From the IMG/VR virus record IMGVR_UViG_3300025853_000126, positions 1-52,361 of that record: 52,361 bases of DNA, one strand, 5' to 3'. Below, one piece after another: positions 20,349 through 30,898 of the stretch (position 1 is its first letter; each line of letters starts with the position of its first letter). The position numbers and the translations under genes are program-made. Origin of the DNA: a virus. Its lineage: Duplodnaviria > Caudoviricetes. The notes under the pieces are model-generated. The model made no database searches and was not told the DNA's origin. It was given only the letters and a program-made list of their open reading frames with translations.

Positions 20349-23300
20349 ATGCAGACTTACGAAGAATATTTAGCTAGCTTACAAGAGGGTCAAGAACCTT
20401 TGAGTAAAGAAGAATTTGATTTACAACAAAACCAAAATGTTGAAGAAGTTGAAGAAGTCGAAAGAAGTGCAGAAGAATTAGCTGAAATACAACAAAATTT
20501 TAACCAAGTTGTAAGTGATTTACCAGAAGATAATAAAGTAAACTTGTCGTTTAGTATTGCTGAGCAAGCGGGATTATCTGATTTTGGTGGTAGTGGATCT
20601 AAAAGAGTTTCAGAAAAAGAATTCATGTCATCTGATTATGCTTTTAACAGAGCTTTAGAAGTTTACGACAAAGTAAGCTCTAAAGATTTTATGGCTGATG
20701 TAACTGAAGATGAAATAAAAAAAGAAGCCGCTAATATATATTTTGATACTGCTAATATTTTAGATTATGAAGCAGAAGAAGATAAAGGAGATAAATCACC
20801 TGAGGCAACAGCTCTTAGAAAATTTAGAAATACTAAATTAAGAGAAATAAATCCTGAAACTATTGGAACTAAAGGTTATCCTAAAGGTAGACCTTATACT
20901 GATCAAGAAATAGCTGCTTTACCAGAATTTCAAGAATTAAAAAGAAAAAGACAAAAAAAGTTTACAACACCAGAGGAATATGAAGCTTATAGAAAAGAAA
21001 CTCTTGGTGACAAATATAACGATTTTTTAAAGTGGGAGTCTGGAGATAAAAATATTGAAATACCTTTAAGTGCTATACAAGCTGGTGAAGATAAAATATT
21101 TGCTGATAAATTAAATGTAGCATTTAGAGACATGTTTGATGGTCCTGGAGGTGAGTTGATACAGAAAAATGTTGAAATATTATCTAGTCTAAATAAAAAC
21201 CCACAAGAGCAGTTTGAATCTACTGTAAAAGTTAAAGAATTAATAGAAGCTGATCAAAAAATAATAGCTCAAAAAGAAAACGCTTTAATAAAAGCTCAAC
21301 AACCATTTGTTGATAATATTAATAATACTAAAAAAGAAATAGATGATTTAGGTTTTAGTGTATTTGACACTGTTGGTACACTTGAAATAAACGAAGATGG
21401 ATCTATAGCTGGTGGAGATTATATCACAGTTGATTATGACGAGGCTGAAAAAAAAGTAGCTGAATATAATGATTTAGTAGAAAAATATAAAGAAGCTTAT
21501 GTTGAGTATGAAAAGCAAGATTTTGAAGGTCAATATAATATACTTGTAAAAGATCAACAAAATTTACAAAAAACTATAAATAAATATAATAGCGATATAC
21601 AAAAATACGCGCAGACAGGCGAGCAAGCTAGTAAAGATTTTTTAATAGCTAAAGCTGCTGGATATGATTATTCACTAACATATAGAGCCGGCGCTGCGAT
21701 GGAAGATTTTTTTATAAAAGGAGGTAGAAACTTTGCTACTTTAACTGGTCAAACAGGTTTAAAAGTTATTAAAGCTTTGGTAGATAACCCTGGTTTAGAA
21801 GCCGGTATTGAGCATACTATCAAAAACATGTCAGAAAGTCTTGCTAATTATAATCAAAGATTAGCAAAAGAAAGAGAAGAAAAATTACCTCCTGCTTTAA
21901 CATTAGATGACGTAGAGTTTGGCGCAAGTGGTAATGGCGTTCTACAATATATAGGTGAAGCATTAGCCGACAATAGCCCGTCAATAATTACTACATTTAT
22001 ACCAGCTGGGGCTGCAATAGCTGGTAGCTTAAAAGTTGCTGGCGCTGCTGGCAAAGGATTTGGAGTTATGCGCGCGGCTGTAGAAGCACAGAAAGCATAT
22101 GGTTTATATGCAATGAGAGCTGCTCAAGGTATATTTTTTGCTGGGGAATCTGGAGGTAAATACGGTGATATACTTGTTGAAGAGTACAATAAAAAAGATA
22201 GGATAAAGCAAATTGATGATCTTATAGATAAAGGTGGTTTAACAGATGCTATGAGAAATGATTTAATAGATGAAAAAGAATCTTTAAATCAAATGTTGAA
22301 TACTAATTTTAGTTTTGCACAAAAAGCTTTTGCTTCATATGGATTTGGTGCAACTGCCGCATTGGCAGAAACAATGGGTTCTTTAAAACTTGTTAGTAGC
22401 GTAGGAAAAGCTGCTAGTGCTTATGGTAAAATAGCTGTTAAAAAAGAATTATATAAAAACGCTACTAAATTTTCAGGTGTATTAGCTAAAGGTTTTATAA
22501 GAGGTTTAAGACCTGCTATTACAAAAGCAATGCCTAGTGAAGTGTTTGAAGAGGCGTTTACTCAAATTGGTCACAATGCTATAGATGTTATTGCTTTAAA
22601 TGAAGATAAAAGTATATTAGAAGGATTAAATGCTGATTTCTTTGTAAAAACAGCTATTACTTCTTTTGCAATCATGGGACCAACAACCATGAATAATACT
22701 AGACAAATACTGCAAAACGAGTTTAAAACTAAAAATGAAATAGCTCAAAACTCTAAAGACGTAAATGAATTAATTGTTATACAGCAACAATTAGAAGGTT
22801 TAAAAGGACCTCAAAGAAATGAATTAAATAAAAGAAGAAGAGCTTTAGTTAAAAAACTAGGTTTTTATGACGCACAGATATTAAATAAGTTGAACTCTAT
22901 GACAACTTCTGAAATTAAAGAAGTTGCTGAAATAGGTAGACAGCAAAGAGCCTTAGCTACAAACATGAGAGGATTAGCAGGCACGGGTGGTTCTATTGAT
23001 CAAAATAACGAGTATGTTAAAGCAAAAAAATCTATTGAGGATCAATTTAATAATTTAGAGAATAGAAAAAACGAGTTGCTTGGAAGACACGATCAAAAGA
23101 TGTTAGACAAAATGACTCAAATGAATAAAGAATTAGGAATATCTCCTAATTTAGATTTAGCTTACAGTTTAGGTTTAAATGATTTTGCTACAAACGCGGC
23201 TTTAACTATGTCTGATGCAGGTAAGAAATTCACTAAAATTACTTCTGAAGACTTTAATAATCCAGAAGCTATTAGAAAACAACTTAAAGCAGAAGGATAT

Positions 23301-26300
23301 ACTGATTCACAAATTGAAACTGTAGTTGAAAAATTTACAGGTGATACCGCTTCAAATGCTATGTATTTTCCAGAAACAGGAGATATTCTTATAAACCAAG
23401 GAGCTATAGATATTAGAATGCACTCACTTCCTGCTGGTCAAGCTAACTATGCTGCTCTTGCTCCGTTAGAAGAGTTATTTCATGCTACTATTTCACAAAA
23501 AGGATTAAGAGTTGAAGGTGAATTAAGAAAAGATGCTGAACAATCTACTCAACAATTGTTAGATTTGATTAAAGGCAAAATGGAAGTAGGTACACCTGCT
23601 CAAAAACAAAAATTACAAGATTTATTAAAAAGAGTAGAGCTTTATAAAAAAGACGGTAAATATAATTATGAAGAAATGTTAGCTCAGGTTAACAATGCTA
23701 TGTTAATGGGAGCTTTAAATTCTAGTGATTTTGTTTCTTTACCATCTTTAAAATCATTTTTAAACAAAGCTATTAGTAAAATAATGGGTGATCCAGCTTG
23801 GATGCTTGAACTAAACGAAGCTTCTGATGTTGCTGAGTTTATGAGAAACTGGCAAAACAATATTCTTGAAGATAAAGCTGTATTGGACCAAACTCCTCCA
23901 GAAGATGAAGTTGTTGCTGCTAAACCGACAATTAGAGAAGAAGCACCTTTAGAGTCTATAGGTGAGTTGCCTCAAGCTACTCAAGCTTACATGGAATTAG
24001 AAAATGAAGTATTACAACAAGGTTTAATATCTGCTATAAAAAACAATACTGATCAACAGTTTCCATTAGCACAAGCTATAACAGAAAAAAACTGGGGATT
24101 AATTAGTCCTATTTTAAATATAAATAATCAGCAAGAAATGCTGGCTGCTAAAGAAGTTGTTGTAGATCAACTATTAGGTAGGTTTGAAGGATCTGGCCAA
24201 GGTAAATATGGTCCAAGAAATACTAGTTTATTAGCAGGTTTTTCATTAGATCCTAATGGACCACCAGCACAGGTTAGTACTTATTTAACTAAAACAATTA
24301 GAACTAGAAAACCTGAAATAGATGCTGCTATAGCTGATAGAACAGCGGGTCCAGGTATAGATGTGTCTACTGCTGGTGAAGTAGCTGTAGAAACAGCAGA
24401 AACTGTAGATACAACTCAATTAGCTAAAAAACCTAGTGAAACTACAGGTTTAGATGTTGAAACAGAAACTAGAATAACAGAAGCGGTAAAACAAGTTTAT
24501 AAAGGTAAAGATGTTAAGTTTGCTGAAACAAGAAATATACCTAAAGAAGTAGCTGATATATATGCAGAAGAATTTGGTATCAACCCACAAACTATTACTG
24601 ATAAAACAAGGAATTTTCAAAAAACAGATTCTGAAGGTTTAACTAAAGCAAAACAATTTTTACTTAAAAACGCTAAAGATGATTTTGCTAGACTACCTAA
24701 AACAAAAGATGATTTTGGCAAAGGAACATTTGTACCTAAAAATGTAAAAGACGCTTTATATACAGATGGTGAATTAACTGGTTCATTGAAAGATTACATG
24801 GATCTTATAAGAACTAAACCAGAAAAACCAATATATAGAGATAGAGTTAGTCAAACTATTAGAGGTTTATTAGGTTTACACATACGTAATCGTATGTTAG
24901 AAACTGCTCAGCCAGTTCAAGCCAAACGTATACAGCAAGGTGCTAGATTTAGTGAAGGCGAAGTTATAACTAAAAAAGCGAAACAAGCTAAAAAGAAAAG
25001 ACAAGAAACTATATCAGAGTTAAATGATATTTCTGTTTTAAAAAACAAGCAGCAAGTTAGAAAAAGATTAGGTATAAAAAAACTAACTATAAATGAAGAT
25101 ACTAGGCAAGATATAATAAACGAAATTGAAGCTGCTGATTTACCACCTGCTGCTATAGAAAATATGGGTTTAACTACTGGTGGTGCGTTAAGAGCAACAG
25201 TAGGAAAAGATAGAGCTAAAGATAAAGCGCTTGAAAAATGGGCTAAAGAAAATGGTGTAAAAGTAAAGCCAGGTGAAATATTTTACAAAACTACTGATGG
25301 TAACTATATAAAAGGAATAAAAAAAGTTATAAATACTCCAGAAGGTAAAAGAACTGTTTATAGTCAACCAGCTGTAGACAACTTAGTTCCAAATAGAAAC
25401 AAAGTATTTTTTGGTACAAGTGATCCTAACTACAAAAGAATACTAGCAAAAGCAAAAAAAGATTATCCAAACGCTAAAAAGCCAAAACAAGTTAAATCAA
25501 CAAGCGTTGAAGGTTATTTTACAGATAAAAATTTAGAGCAATCAAGATTAAATCAAGATGTTTTATATGAAATTTCTAAGCAATTAGAAAAGAAAGTAAA
25601 ATCTGGTGAAATATCTATAGACGTTGCCGCAGCTTTAATAGAAAGCGGTTATCAAGCCACTAATGGTTTAATAAAAATATCTGCTCCTTTTCTTTATAAG
25701 TCAGACATAATAGAGTATGGTAAAGATAGAAAAGGTAAAAAATATAGAGAAGAACATAATCCACCAGCGTCTGTAGTAGGAGCTAGTTTAGTTGTTGCTA
25801 TTAAAAACGGTACTGTAGATCAAGTTTTTCCAAGTATTAGAGAAAACTTTACTCAAACCATATTATCTAAAAAATCAGATGAAGCTTTAGATGTAGATTA
25901 TAAAGAGACATTGGTAGAAGGTACTAGCATTTTAAATCCAGCTGGTATAAGATACGCTGCTGCAGGTATTAATTTAAATGGTATTAAAAATCAGTTCACT
26001 GGTAAAACAATGGCTCAAGAGCTTAAAATACCTATTAAAAATAAATCTGATATAAATTTAGAATCTATACACTATCAAAACGAATTAATACTTAAAAGCA
26101 AAGGCGAAATAGCTTCTTTAGATAGACAAAAATTAAAAGCTAGTTTACCAGTTCAAAATTTAAAAGCTAGTCAAGCGCAAACAAATGCTAATGATTTTGA
26201 TGTTATTTTAAATAATAATCAAAGATCACAACAGCAAAAAGATAAAATGGCAACATCATTAGAAAGTAAAGGTGAAGCTATTAAAATAAAAAAACCTAAA

Positions 26301-29072
26301 AAAGGTATAAGCGTCTTTGATTTTGATGACACACTTGCTAAAACAAAAGAAAAAGTTATAGTCAACATGCCTGACGGTAATGTTATGGAAATTACAGCTT
26401 CTGATTTTGCAAAAAACGCTGGTGATCTACAAAACCAAGGAGCTGAGTTTGATTTTAGTAATTTTGAAGATGTCGCTAAAGATACAAAAGAAGGACCCTT
26501 AGCGGATTTAGCTAGAAAACGTCAAGGTAAGTTTGGATCTGGTGATATATTCGTTCTTACAGCGCGTCCTAATAGTGCTGGACCAGCAATTAAACAGTTT
26601 TTAGACAGTATAGGTATAAACATACCTTTAGAAAATATAACTGGCTTAGAAGACGGATCTTCACAGGCTAAAGTTGATTGGGTTTTAAACAAAACAGCTG
26701 AAGGTTATAATGATTTTTATTTTGCTGATGATTCATTAGCTAATGTAGAAGGTGTTAGACAGGTGTTGGACGCTGTTGATGTTAAGAATAAAGTGCAACA
26801 AGCACTTGAAAGTAAAGGCGAAAAACTAAATAAAGACTTTAACAAACAATTAGAGCAGGTTACTGGTAAAGAAGCATTTAAAAAATATTCTGACGCTAGA
26901 GCAAGATTAGAAGGTCAGCAAAAAGATAAAGGATTATTTAAAAGATTTATTAATCAATTTAAAATTACACCATCAGCTGATGACTTTATGGGGCTATTAT
27001 ATGCTTTCGCAGGTAAAGGCGAGCAAGGTAATAAACATTTAAAGTTTTTAAAAGATAACTTAATTGATCCTTATAATAAGGCAGAGCAAGAATTATTATC
27101 AGCTAAAGTAAGAGTTGCTAATGATTTTGCAGCATTGAAAAAACAATTTCCAAACTTAAAAAGTAAAAAAGGTAAAAATCCTTTATTAGAAGAAATAGGT
27201 ATTGGGCCATACACTAAATCTCACGCAGTAAGAGTTTACAACTGGGCTAAGCAAGGACTAGAAATACCAGGCATGTCTAAAAGAGATGTCGATGCTTTAG
27301 TTAAAGCGGTAGAACAAGATAATGAACTTAATGTATTCGCAGATGAATTAGGACTTATACAAAAAGGTGAAAAATATCCAGCGCCAGAAGCAAACTGGTT
27401 AGCAGGTGACATTAAAACAGATATACTTAGAGGTTTAGATACTACGTTTAGAAAAAAATTAATGGCTGAGTTTAATCAAAATTCAGATATTATATTTTCT
27501 AAAGAAAACTTAAATAAAATAGAATCTATATATGGTTCTAAATTTAGAGAAGCATTAGAAGATTCTTTACGTAGGATGAAGTCTGGTAGCAACAGACCAG
27601 TGTTTGTAGGAAGTGGCGCTCGTATTGTAAACGAAATGATGGACTGGTTGAACAGTTCTGTTGGTGCAGTTATGTTCTTAAACATGAGATCTGGTTTACT
27701 ACAAATGATTTCTAATGTAAACTTTATAAACTGGGGTGATAACAATATATATAAAGCTGCTAAAGCATTTGCTAGTAAAGATTATTTCCCAACAGTGTTG
27801 AAGTTAATGAACTCTGATTATCTTGTTAACAGACGTGATGGTTTAAAGATAAATGTAAATGAAGCAGAACTTGCAGACGCCGGTAGAAAAGGTGGTATAA
27901 AAGGTATGATTAACTATATACTTGATAAAGGTTTTGCTATTACAAGAATAATGGATACTCTAGCTATTGCAACTGGTGGTGCTACATTTTTTATAAATAG
28001 AAAAGCTGCTTTACAAAATAGAGTTAATGAGAAAACTGGCAAACTATATACTGAAGCTGAAGCAGAGCAACAAGCATTTGATGATTTCTATGCAATAGCA
28101 GAAGAAACACAACAGTCAAGTAATCCAAGCAAAATATCACAACAACAAGCTAGTTTTGCTGGTCGTATTATACTTTCGTTCCAAAACGTAACAATGCAGT
28201 ATAATAGAAAAACTAAAAAGTCTATACAGGATTTATATAACAGACGTAAAAAACCTGGTATGACTCAGCGTGAAAGTGATTTAAGTAACATGTCTAGTAT
28301 TATATATTATGTCGGTATGCAAAACTTGTTATTCCAAGGATTACAACAAGGTTTATTTGCTTTAGCATTTGATGATGATGAAGAAGATAATGAAAAAGAA
28401 AAAGCTAATGCAGCGGATATAGTAAACGGTATGTCTGACTCTTTATTGTTTGGGCTTGGTTTTGGTGGCGCAATAGTTTCTACAGTTAAAAATATTTTAA
28501 TAAGAGTTGCAGATGAAAAAGAAAAGAAAACTACTCAATACAGAGAGATAATATGGGATGTATTTAATCTTTCACCAGTGCTTGATAGTAAGGTTCGTAA
28601 GTTAAGAACAGCTGCTAAAACATTTGACTGGAACATGAAAGAAATAAAAAGGCGTGGTTGGAGTATAGATAACCCAGCGTATCTAGCTATATCACAAATT
28701 ATTTCTGCTACAACGAATTTACCTATTGATCGCGCGTTGCAAAAATTAAATAACATGAGGCAGGCAACTGACGAGCAAACAAAAACTTGGCAAAGAGTTG
28801 CATTATTTTTAGGTTGGTCTGGCTGGAACTTTGGTTTACCATATTGGGGAAGACAAAGTACAATAGATAAAGAAGCTAAAGACTTAGAAAAAATAAAAGA
28901 AAAGTATAAAAACGATATACGTAAGTTTAAAAATATGGGCTTTACTAAAAAAATCCCATTATCAGGACCAAATGCTATAAAACCAACAGGCGAGCTTGGT
29001 GTTGATTATATACAAGTAGAAAGACCTGATGGAACATTGCAGTACTATGTTAAACCTAAAAATAAATCATGA
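20349..29072 (+). CDS. Giant polyvalent ejection protein with degenerate zincin-like motif and HAD-family domain
   Basis: 2907 aa; Gly/Ala membrane-like segments; EELFH (~23469); HAD motifs VFDFDDT, VLTAR and FADD (~26310-26740). Confidence 0.7.
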   Translation: MQTYEEYLASLQEGQEPLSKEEFDLQQNQNVEEVEEVERSAEELAEIQQNFNQVVSDLPEDNKVNLSFSIAEQAGLSDFGGSGSKRVSEKEFMSSDYAFNRALEVYDKVSSKDFMADVTEDEIKKEAANIYFDTANILDYEAEEDKGDKSPEATALRKFRNTKLREINPETIGTKGYPKGRPYTDQEIAALPEFQELKRKRQKKFTTPEEYEAYRKETLGDKYNDFLKWESGDKNIEIPLSAIQAGEDKIFADKLNVAFRDMFDGPGGELIQKNVEILSSLNKNPQEQFESTVKVKELIEADQKIIAQKENALIKAQQPFVDNINNTKKEIDDLGFSVFDTVGTLEINEDGSIAGGDYITVDYDEAEKKVAEYNDLVEKYKEAYVEYEKQDFEGQYNILVKDQQNLQKTINKYNSDIQKYAQTGEQASKDFLIAKAAGYDYSLTYRAGAAMEDFFIKGGRNFATLTGQTGLKVIKALVDNPGLEAGIEHTIKNMSESLANYNQRLAKEREEKLPPALTLDDVEFGASGNGVLQYIGEALADNSPSIITTFIPAGAAIAGSLKVAGAAGKGFGVMRAAVEAQKAYGLYAMRAAQGIFFAGESGGKYGDILVEEYNKKDRIKQIDDLIDKGGLTDAMRNDLIDEKESLNQMLNTNFSFAQKAFASYGFGATAALAETMGSLKLVSSVGKAASAYGKIAVKKELYKNATKFSGVLAKGFIRGLRPAITKAMPSEVFEEAFTQIGHNAIDVIALNEDKSILEGLNADFFVKTAITSFAIMGPTTMNNTRQILQNEFKTKNEIAQNSKDVNELIVIQQQLEGLKGPQRNELNKRRRALVKKLGFYDAQILNKLNSMTTSEIKEVAEIGRQQRALATNMRGLAGTGGSIDQNNEYVKAKKSIEDQFNNLENRKNELLGRHDQKMLDKMTQMNKELGISPNLDLAYSLGLNDFATNAALTMSDAGKKFTKITSEDFNNPEAIRKQLKAEGYTDSQIETVVEKFTGDTASNAMYFPETGDILINQGAIDIRMHSLPAGQANYAALAPLEELFHATISQKGLRVEGELRKDAEQSTQQLLDLIKGKMEVGTPAQKQKLQDLLKRVELYKKDGKYNYEEMLAQVNNAMLMGALNSSDFVSLPSLKSFLNKAISKIMGDPAWMLELNEASDVAEFMRNWQNNILEDKAVLDQTPPEDEVVAAKPTIREEAPLESIGELPQATQAYMELENEVLQQGLISAIKNNTDQQFPLAQAITEKNWGLISPILNINNQQEMLAAKEVVVDQLLGRFEGSGQGKYGPRNTSLLAGFSLDPNGPPAQVSTYLTKTIRTRKPEIDAAIADRTAGPGIDVSTAGEVAVETAETVDTTQLAKKPSETTGLDVETETRITEAVKQVYKGKDVKFAETRNIPKEVADIYAEEFGINPQTITDKTRNFQKTDSEGLTKAKQFLLKNAKDDFARLPKTKDDFGKGTFVPKNVKDALYTDGELTGSLKDYMDLIRTKPEKPIYRDRVSQTIRGLLGLHIRNRMLETAQPVQAKRIQQGARFSEGEVITKKAKQAKKKRQETISELNDISVLKNKQQVRKRLGIKKLTINEDTRQDIINEIEAADLPPAAIENMGLTTGGALRATVGKDRAKDKALEKWAKENGVKVKPGEIFYKTTDGNYIKGIKKVINTPEGKRTVYSQPAVDNLVPNRNKVFFGTSDPNYKRILAKAKKDYPNAKKPKQVKSTSVEGYFTDKNLEQSRLNQDVLYEISKQLEKKVKSGEISIDVAAALIESGYQATNGLIKISAPFLYKSDIIEYGKDRKGKKYREEHNPPASVVGASLVVAIKNGTVDQVFPSIRENFTQTILSKKSDEALDVDYKETLVEGTSILNPAGIRYAAAGINLNGIKNQFTGKTMAQELKIPIKNKSDINLESIHYQNELILKSKGEIASLDRQKLKASLPVQNLKASQAQTNANDFDVILNNNQRSQQQKDKMATSLESKGEAIKIKKPKKGISVFDFDDTLAKTKEKVIVNMPDGNVMEITASDFAKNAGDLQNQGAEFDFSNFEDVAKDTKEGPLADLARKRQGKFGSGDIFVLTARPNSAGPAIKQFLDSIGINIPLENITGLEDGSSQAKVDWVLNKTAEGYNDFYFADDSLANVEGVRQVLDAVDVKNKVQQALESKGEKLNKDFNKQLEQVTGKEAFKKYSDARARLEGQQKDKGLFKRFINQFKITPSADDFMGLLYAFAGKGEQGNKHLKFLKDNLIDPYNKAEQELLSAKVRVANDFAALKKQFPNLKSKKGKNPLLEEIGIGPYTKSHAVRVYNWAKQGLEIPGMSKRDVDALVKAVEQDNELNVFADELGLIQKGEKYPAPEANWLAGDIKTDILRGLDTTFRKKLMAEFNQNSDIIFSKENLNKIESIYGSKFREALEDSLRRMKSGSNRPVFVGSGARIVNEMMDWLNSSVGAVMFLNMRSGLLQMISNVNFINWGDNNIYKAAKAFASKDYFPTVLKLMNSDYLVNRRDGLKINVNEAELADAGRKGGIKGMINYILDKGFAITRIMDTLAIATGGATFFINRKAALQNRVNEKTGKLYTEAEAEQQAFDDFYAIAEETQQSSNPSKISQQQASFAGRIILSFQNVTMQYNRKTKKSIQDLYNRRKKPGMTQRESDLSNMSSIIYYVGMQNLLFQGLQQGLFALAFDDDEEDNEKEKANAADIVNGMSDSLLFGLGFGGAIVSTVKNILIRVADEKEKKTTQYREIIWDVFNLSPVLDSKVRKLRTAAKTFDWNMKEIKRRGWSIDNPAYLAISQIISATTNLPIDRALQKLNNMRQATDEQTKTWQRVALFLGWSGWNFGLPYWGRQSTIDKEAKDLEKIKEKYKNDIRKFKNMGFTKKIPLSGPNAIKPTGELGVDYIQVERPDGTLQYYVKPKNKS

Positions 29073-29372
29073 GTGAAAAAAATCCTTGTCCTCTTTGCGG
29101 TGGTTACTGTGGGTTGTGCTAGTTCACAATCTATAGGTAAAGATAAATACTATCATTTTGCAGCTGGAGCAACTACTGAAATCGTAGCTAATGAAATGAG
29201 TTTACCAGTAGGAACCTCATTTATAGCTGGATTTGCTAAAGAAACCTACGATTATTTAAGATATGGTGGTTTCGATGCTAAAGATTTAGTTGCAACTACA
29301 TTAGGTGGTATAATTATAAATTACATAATTAAAAAAAAGAATGAAAGAAAAAATAAAAAAATTCGTAGATAA
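29073..29372 (+). CDS. YfiM/VanZ-like membrane lipoprotein
   Basis: GTG start; lipobox-like TVGC; DKYYHF...AKETYD...DAKDLVAT motif. Confidence 0.6.
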   Translation: MKKILVLFAVVTVGCASSQSIGKDKYYHFAAGATTEIVANEMSLPVGTSFIAGFAKETYDYLRYGGFDAKDLVATTLGGIIINYIIKKKNERKNKKIRR

Positions 29373-29430
29373 AATACAAGAAGCTTGGAATAAGTTATTA
29401 TATAAATTAATGTTTAAAAAATATAAATAA
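29341..29430 (+). CDS. 29-aa cationic amphipathic peptide
   Basis: MKEKIKKFVDKIQEAWNKLLYKLMFKKYK; stop overlaps the next ATG (TAATG); absent from the ORF track. Confidence 0.55.
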   Translation: MKEKIKKFVDKIQEAWNKLLYKLMFKKYK

Positions 29431-30605
29431 TGAAGCAATTACTTACATTACTATTGTTTTTAGTGAGTTTTACTATAAATTCACAAAATCTTTTTGAAAA
29501 AATATATAAAGATTTCTTAAAATATGGAACTATATATGTAGCGGGTGATATAGATAATCCTAAAGAAGAACCAAAAGATTACTTTGTTAGAACTAATCCT
29601 AATGGAAATCTATACTCTGCGCCTGTAGTTGTTGATGGTACAGATTATTATGACTATGATTATAGATATGGATTTGGCATACGTAAATTAGCTAGATTTG
29701 ATTATGAAGTAAAAGGTAAACAATACTACGATGGAACAGAAAGTAATGTAGGTTTGTCTGCTACTAACTCACCTGTAAAAGGTTTAGAATATGTATTTCA
29801 TACAGAAAAAGAAAGATCTAGAGATGAAATATTTAAAAACCATAGATACTTTGTAAAGCATAGTGGTAAAAACCACATGGTTAAATTAGAAAGTAGAGCG
29901 CAAGGCAAAGTTGATTTTAAATATAAATCAGCAGAAGTTAGAGTTAAACTACCTATTGGTAAAAAGTTTAGTGTATCTGCTGGAGCTATATATCGTACAC
30001 ATGAAAGACCTTATGGTTATAATCCAGTAGAGATATGGTTAAATGAAACAAATGAGTCAGGGCAAATTGTAAATCCTTGGTACACGTTAGGTTTTATGTA
30101 TGGTTATGATGATATATATTATACGCAAGAAGATTCTTTTGGCAATGAAACATTTGATTGGTATTGGATAGATGAAGAAGGTGAAACTGTAGCTTATACA
30201 GATTTACAATTCCGTGACACAGTATTTGCTGAATTAATGAATCGTTATAATCATGAAGTATGGGACGATCTAGACGCTTTTGGTGTATTATCACCTGTGC
30301 TCGGTTTTGACTATTACCATTATAAAAATAACTTTTGGCTTCATGCTTATGGTTCTTACTTATTACCATACCACAAGTATGTAAAAGGCGACGAAGATTT
30401 TAGTTATTTAAATAGAAACAATTGGGGACTTGGTGGTTTAATGCAAGACTCAGAGCTTGAGCAATGGGAAGATTATCAGGCTGGTGTTGTTTTTGGATGG
30501 AAATTAAGCAAAAGCATTGGAGTGTTTGTAGAAGGCGAATACACTAAGTTTTGGGATAGTAAAATATATAACGGATCTGTAGGATTAAATATAACATTAA
30601 AATAA
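29430..30605 (+). CDS. Secreted, putative outer-membrane beta-barrel protein
   Basis: Sec signal peptide; aromatic-rich alternating strands; C-terminal VFVEGEY...SVGLNITLK. Confidence 0.6.
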   Translation: MKQLLTLLLFLVSFTINSQNLFEKIYKDFLKYGTIYVAGDIDNPKEEPKDYFVRTNPNGNLYSAPVVVDGTDYYDYDYRYGFGIRKLARFDYEVKGKQYYDGTESNVGLSATNSPVKGLEYVFHTEKERSRDEIFKNHRYFVKHSGKNHMVKLESRAQGKVDFKYKSAEVRVKLPIGKKFSVSAGAIYRTHERPYGYNPVEIWLNETNESGQIVNPWYTLGFMYGYDDIYYTQEDSFGNETFDWYWIDEEGETVAYTDLQFRDTVFAELMNRYNHEVWDDLDAFGVLSPVLGFDYYHYKNNFWLHAYGSYLLPYHKYVKGDEDFSYLNRNNWGLGGLMQDSELEQWEDYQAGVVFGWKLSKSIGVFVEGEYTKFWDSKIYNGSVGLNITLK

Positions 30606-30606
30606 A

Positions 30607-30897
30607 ATGGGAGCACCACAAATTGGCGAAGATACTAAAATAACCGTTGATTTAAAAACAATAGGTTTAATAATTGGAGGAGCAGTAGGTTTTGCTACTC
30701 TTTATTTCACATTGCAGGCAGACATAGCTTTAGCTAAAGAATTACCTGCTCCTGTAATCGACAGAGTAGAATATGATTTAAAAGACGAGTTGATACGTCA
30801 AACAATTATAGACACTCAAGAAGATGTACAAGAAATAAAAGAAACTATAGAAAAAATCGACGAACGTTTGTACGAGCTACAACAAAGAGGTAGGTAA
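30607..30897 (+). CDS. Single-TM coiled-coil protein (holin/antiholin/i-spanin candidate)
   Basis: One hydrophobic helix (IGLIIGGAVGFATLYF) followed by a coiled coil. Confidence 0.5.
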   Translation: MGAPQIGEDTKITVDLKTIGLIIGGAVGFATLYFTLQADIALAKELPAPVIDRVEYDLKDELIRQTIIDTQEDVQEIKETIEKIDERLYELQQRGR

Positions 30898-30898
30898 T

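Noticed and set aside
20349-29072. Virion RNA polymerase (crAss-like) in the giant protein
   Set aside because: The only comparable acidic motif, DFDDT, has HAD context (TAR, FADD); no DFDxD double-psi-barrel motif was seen
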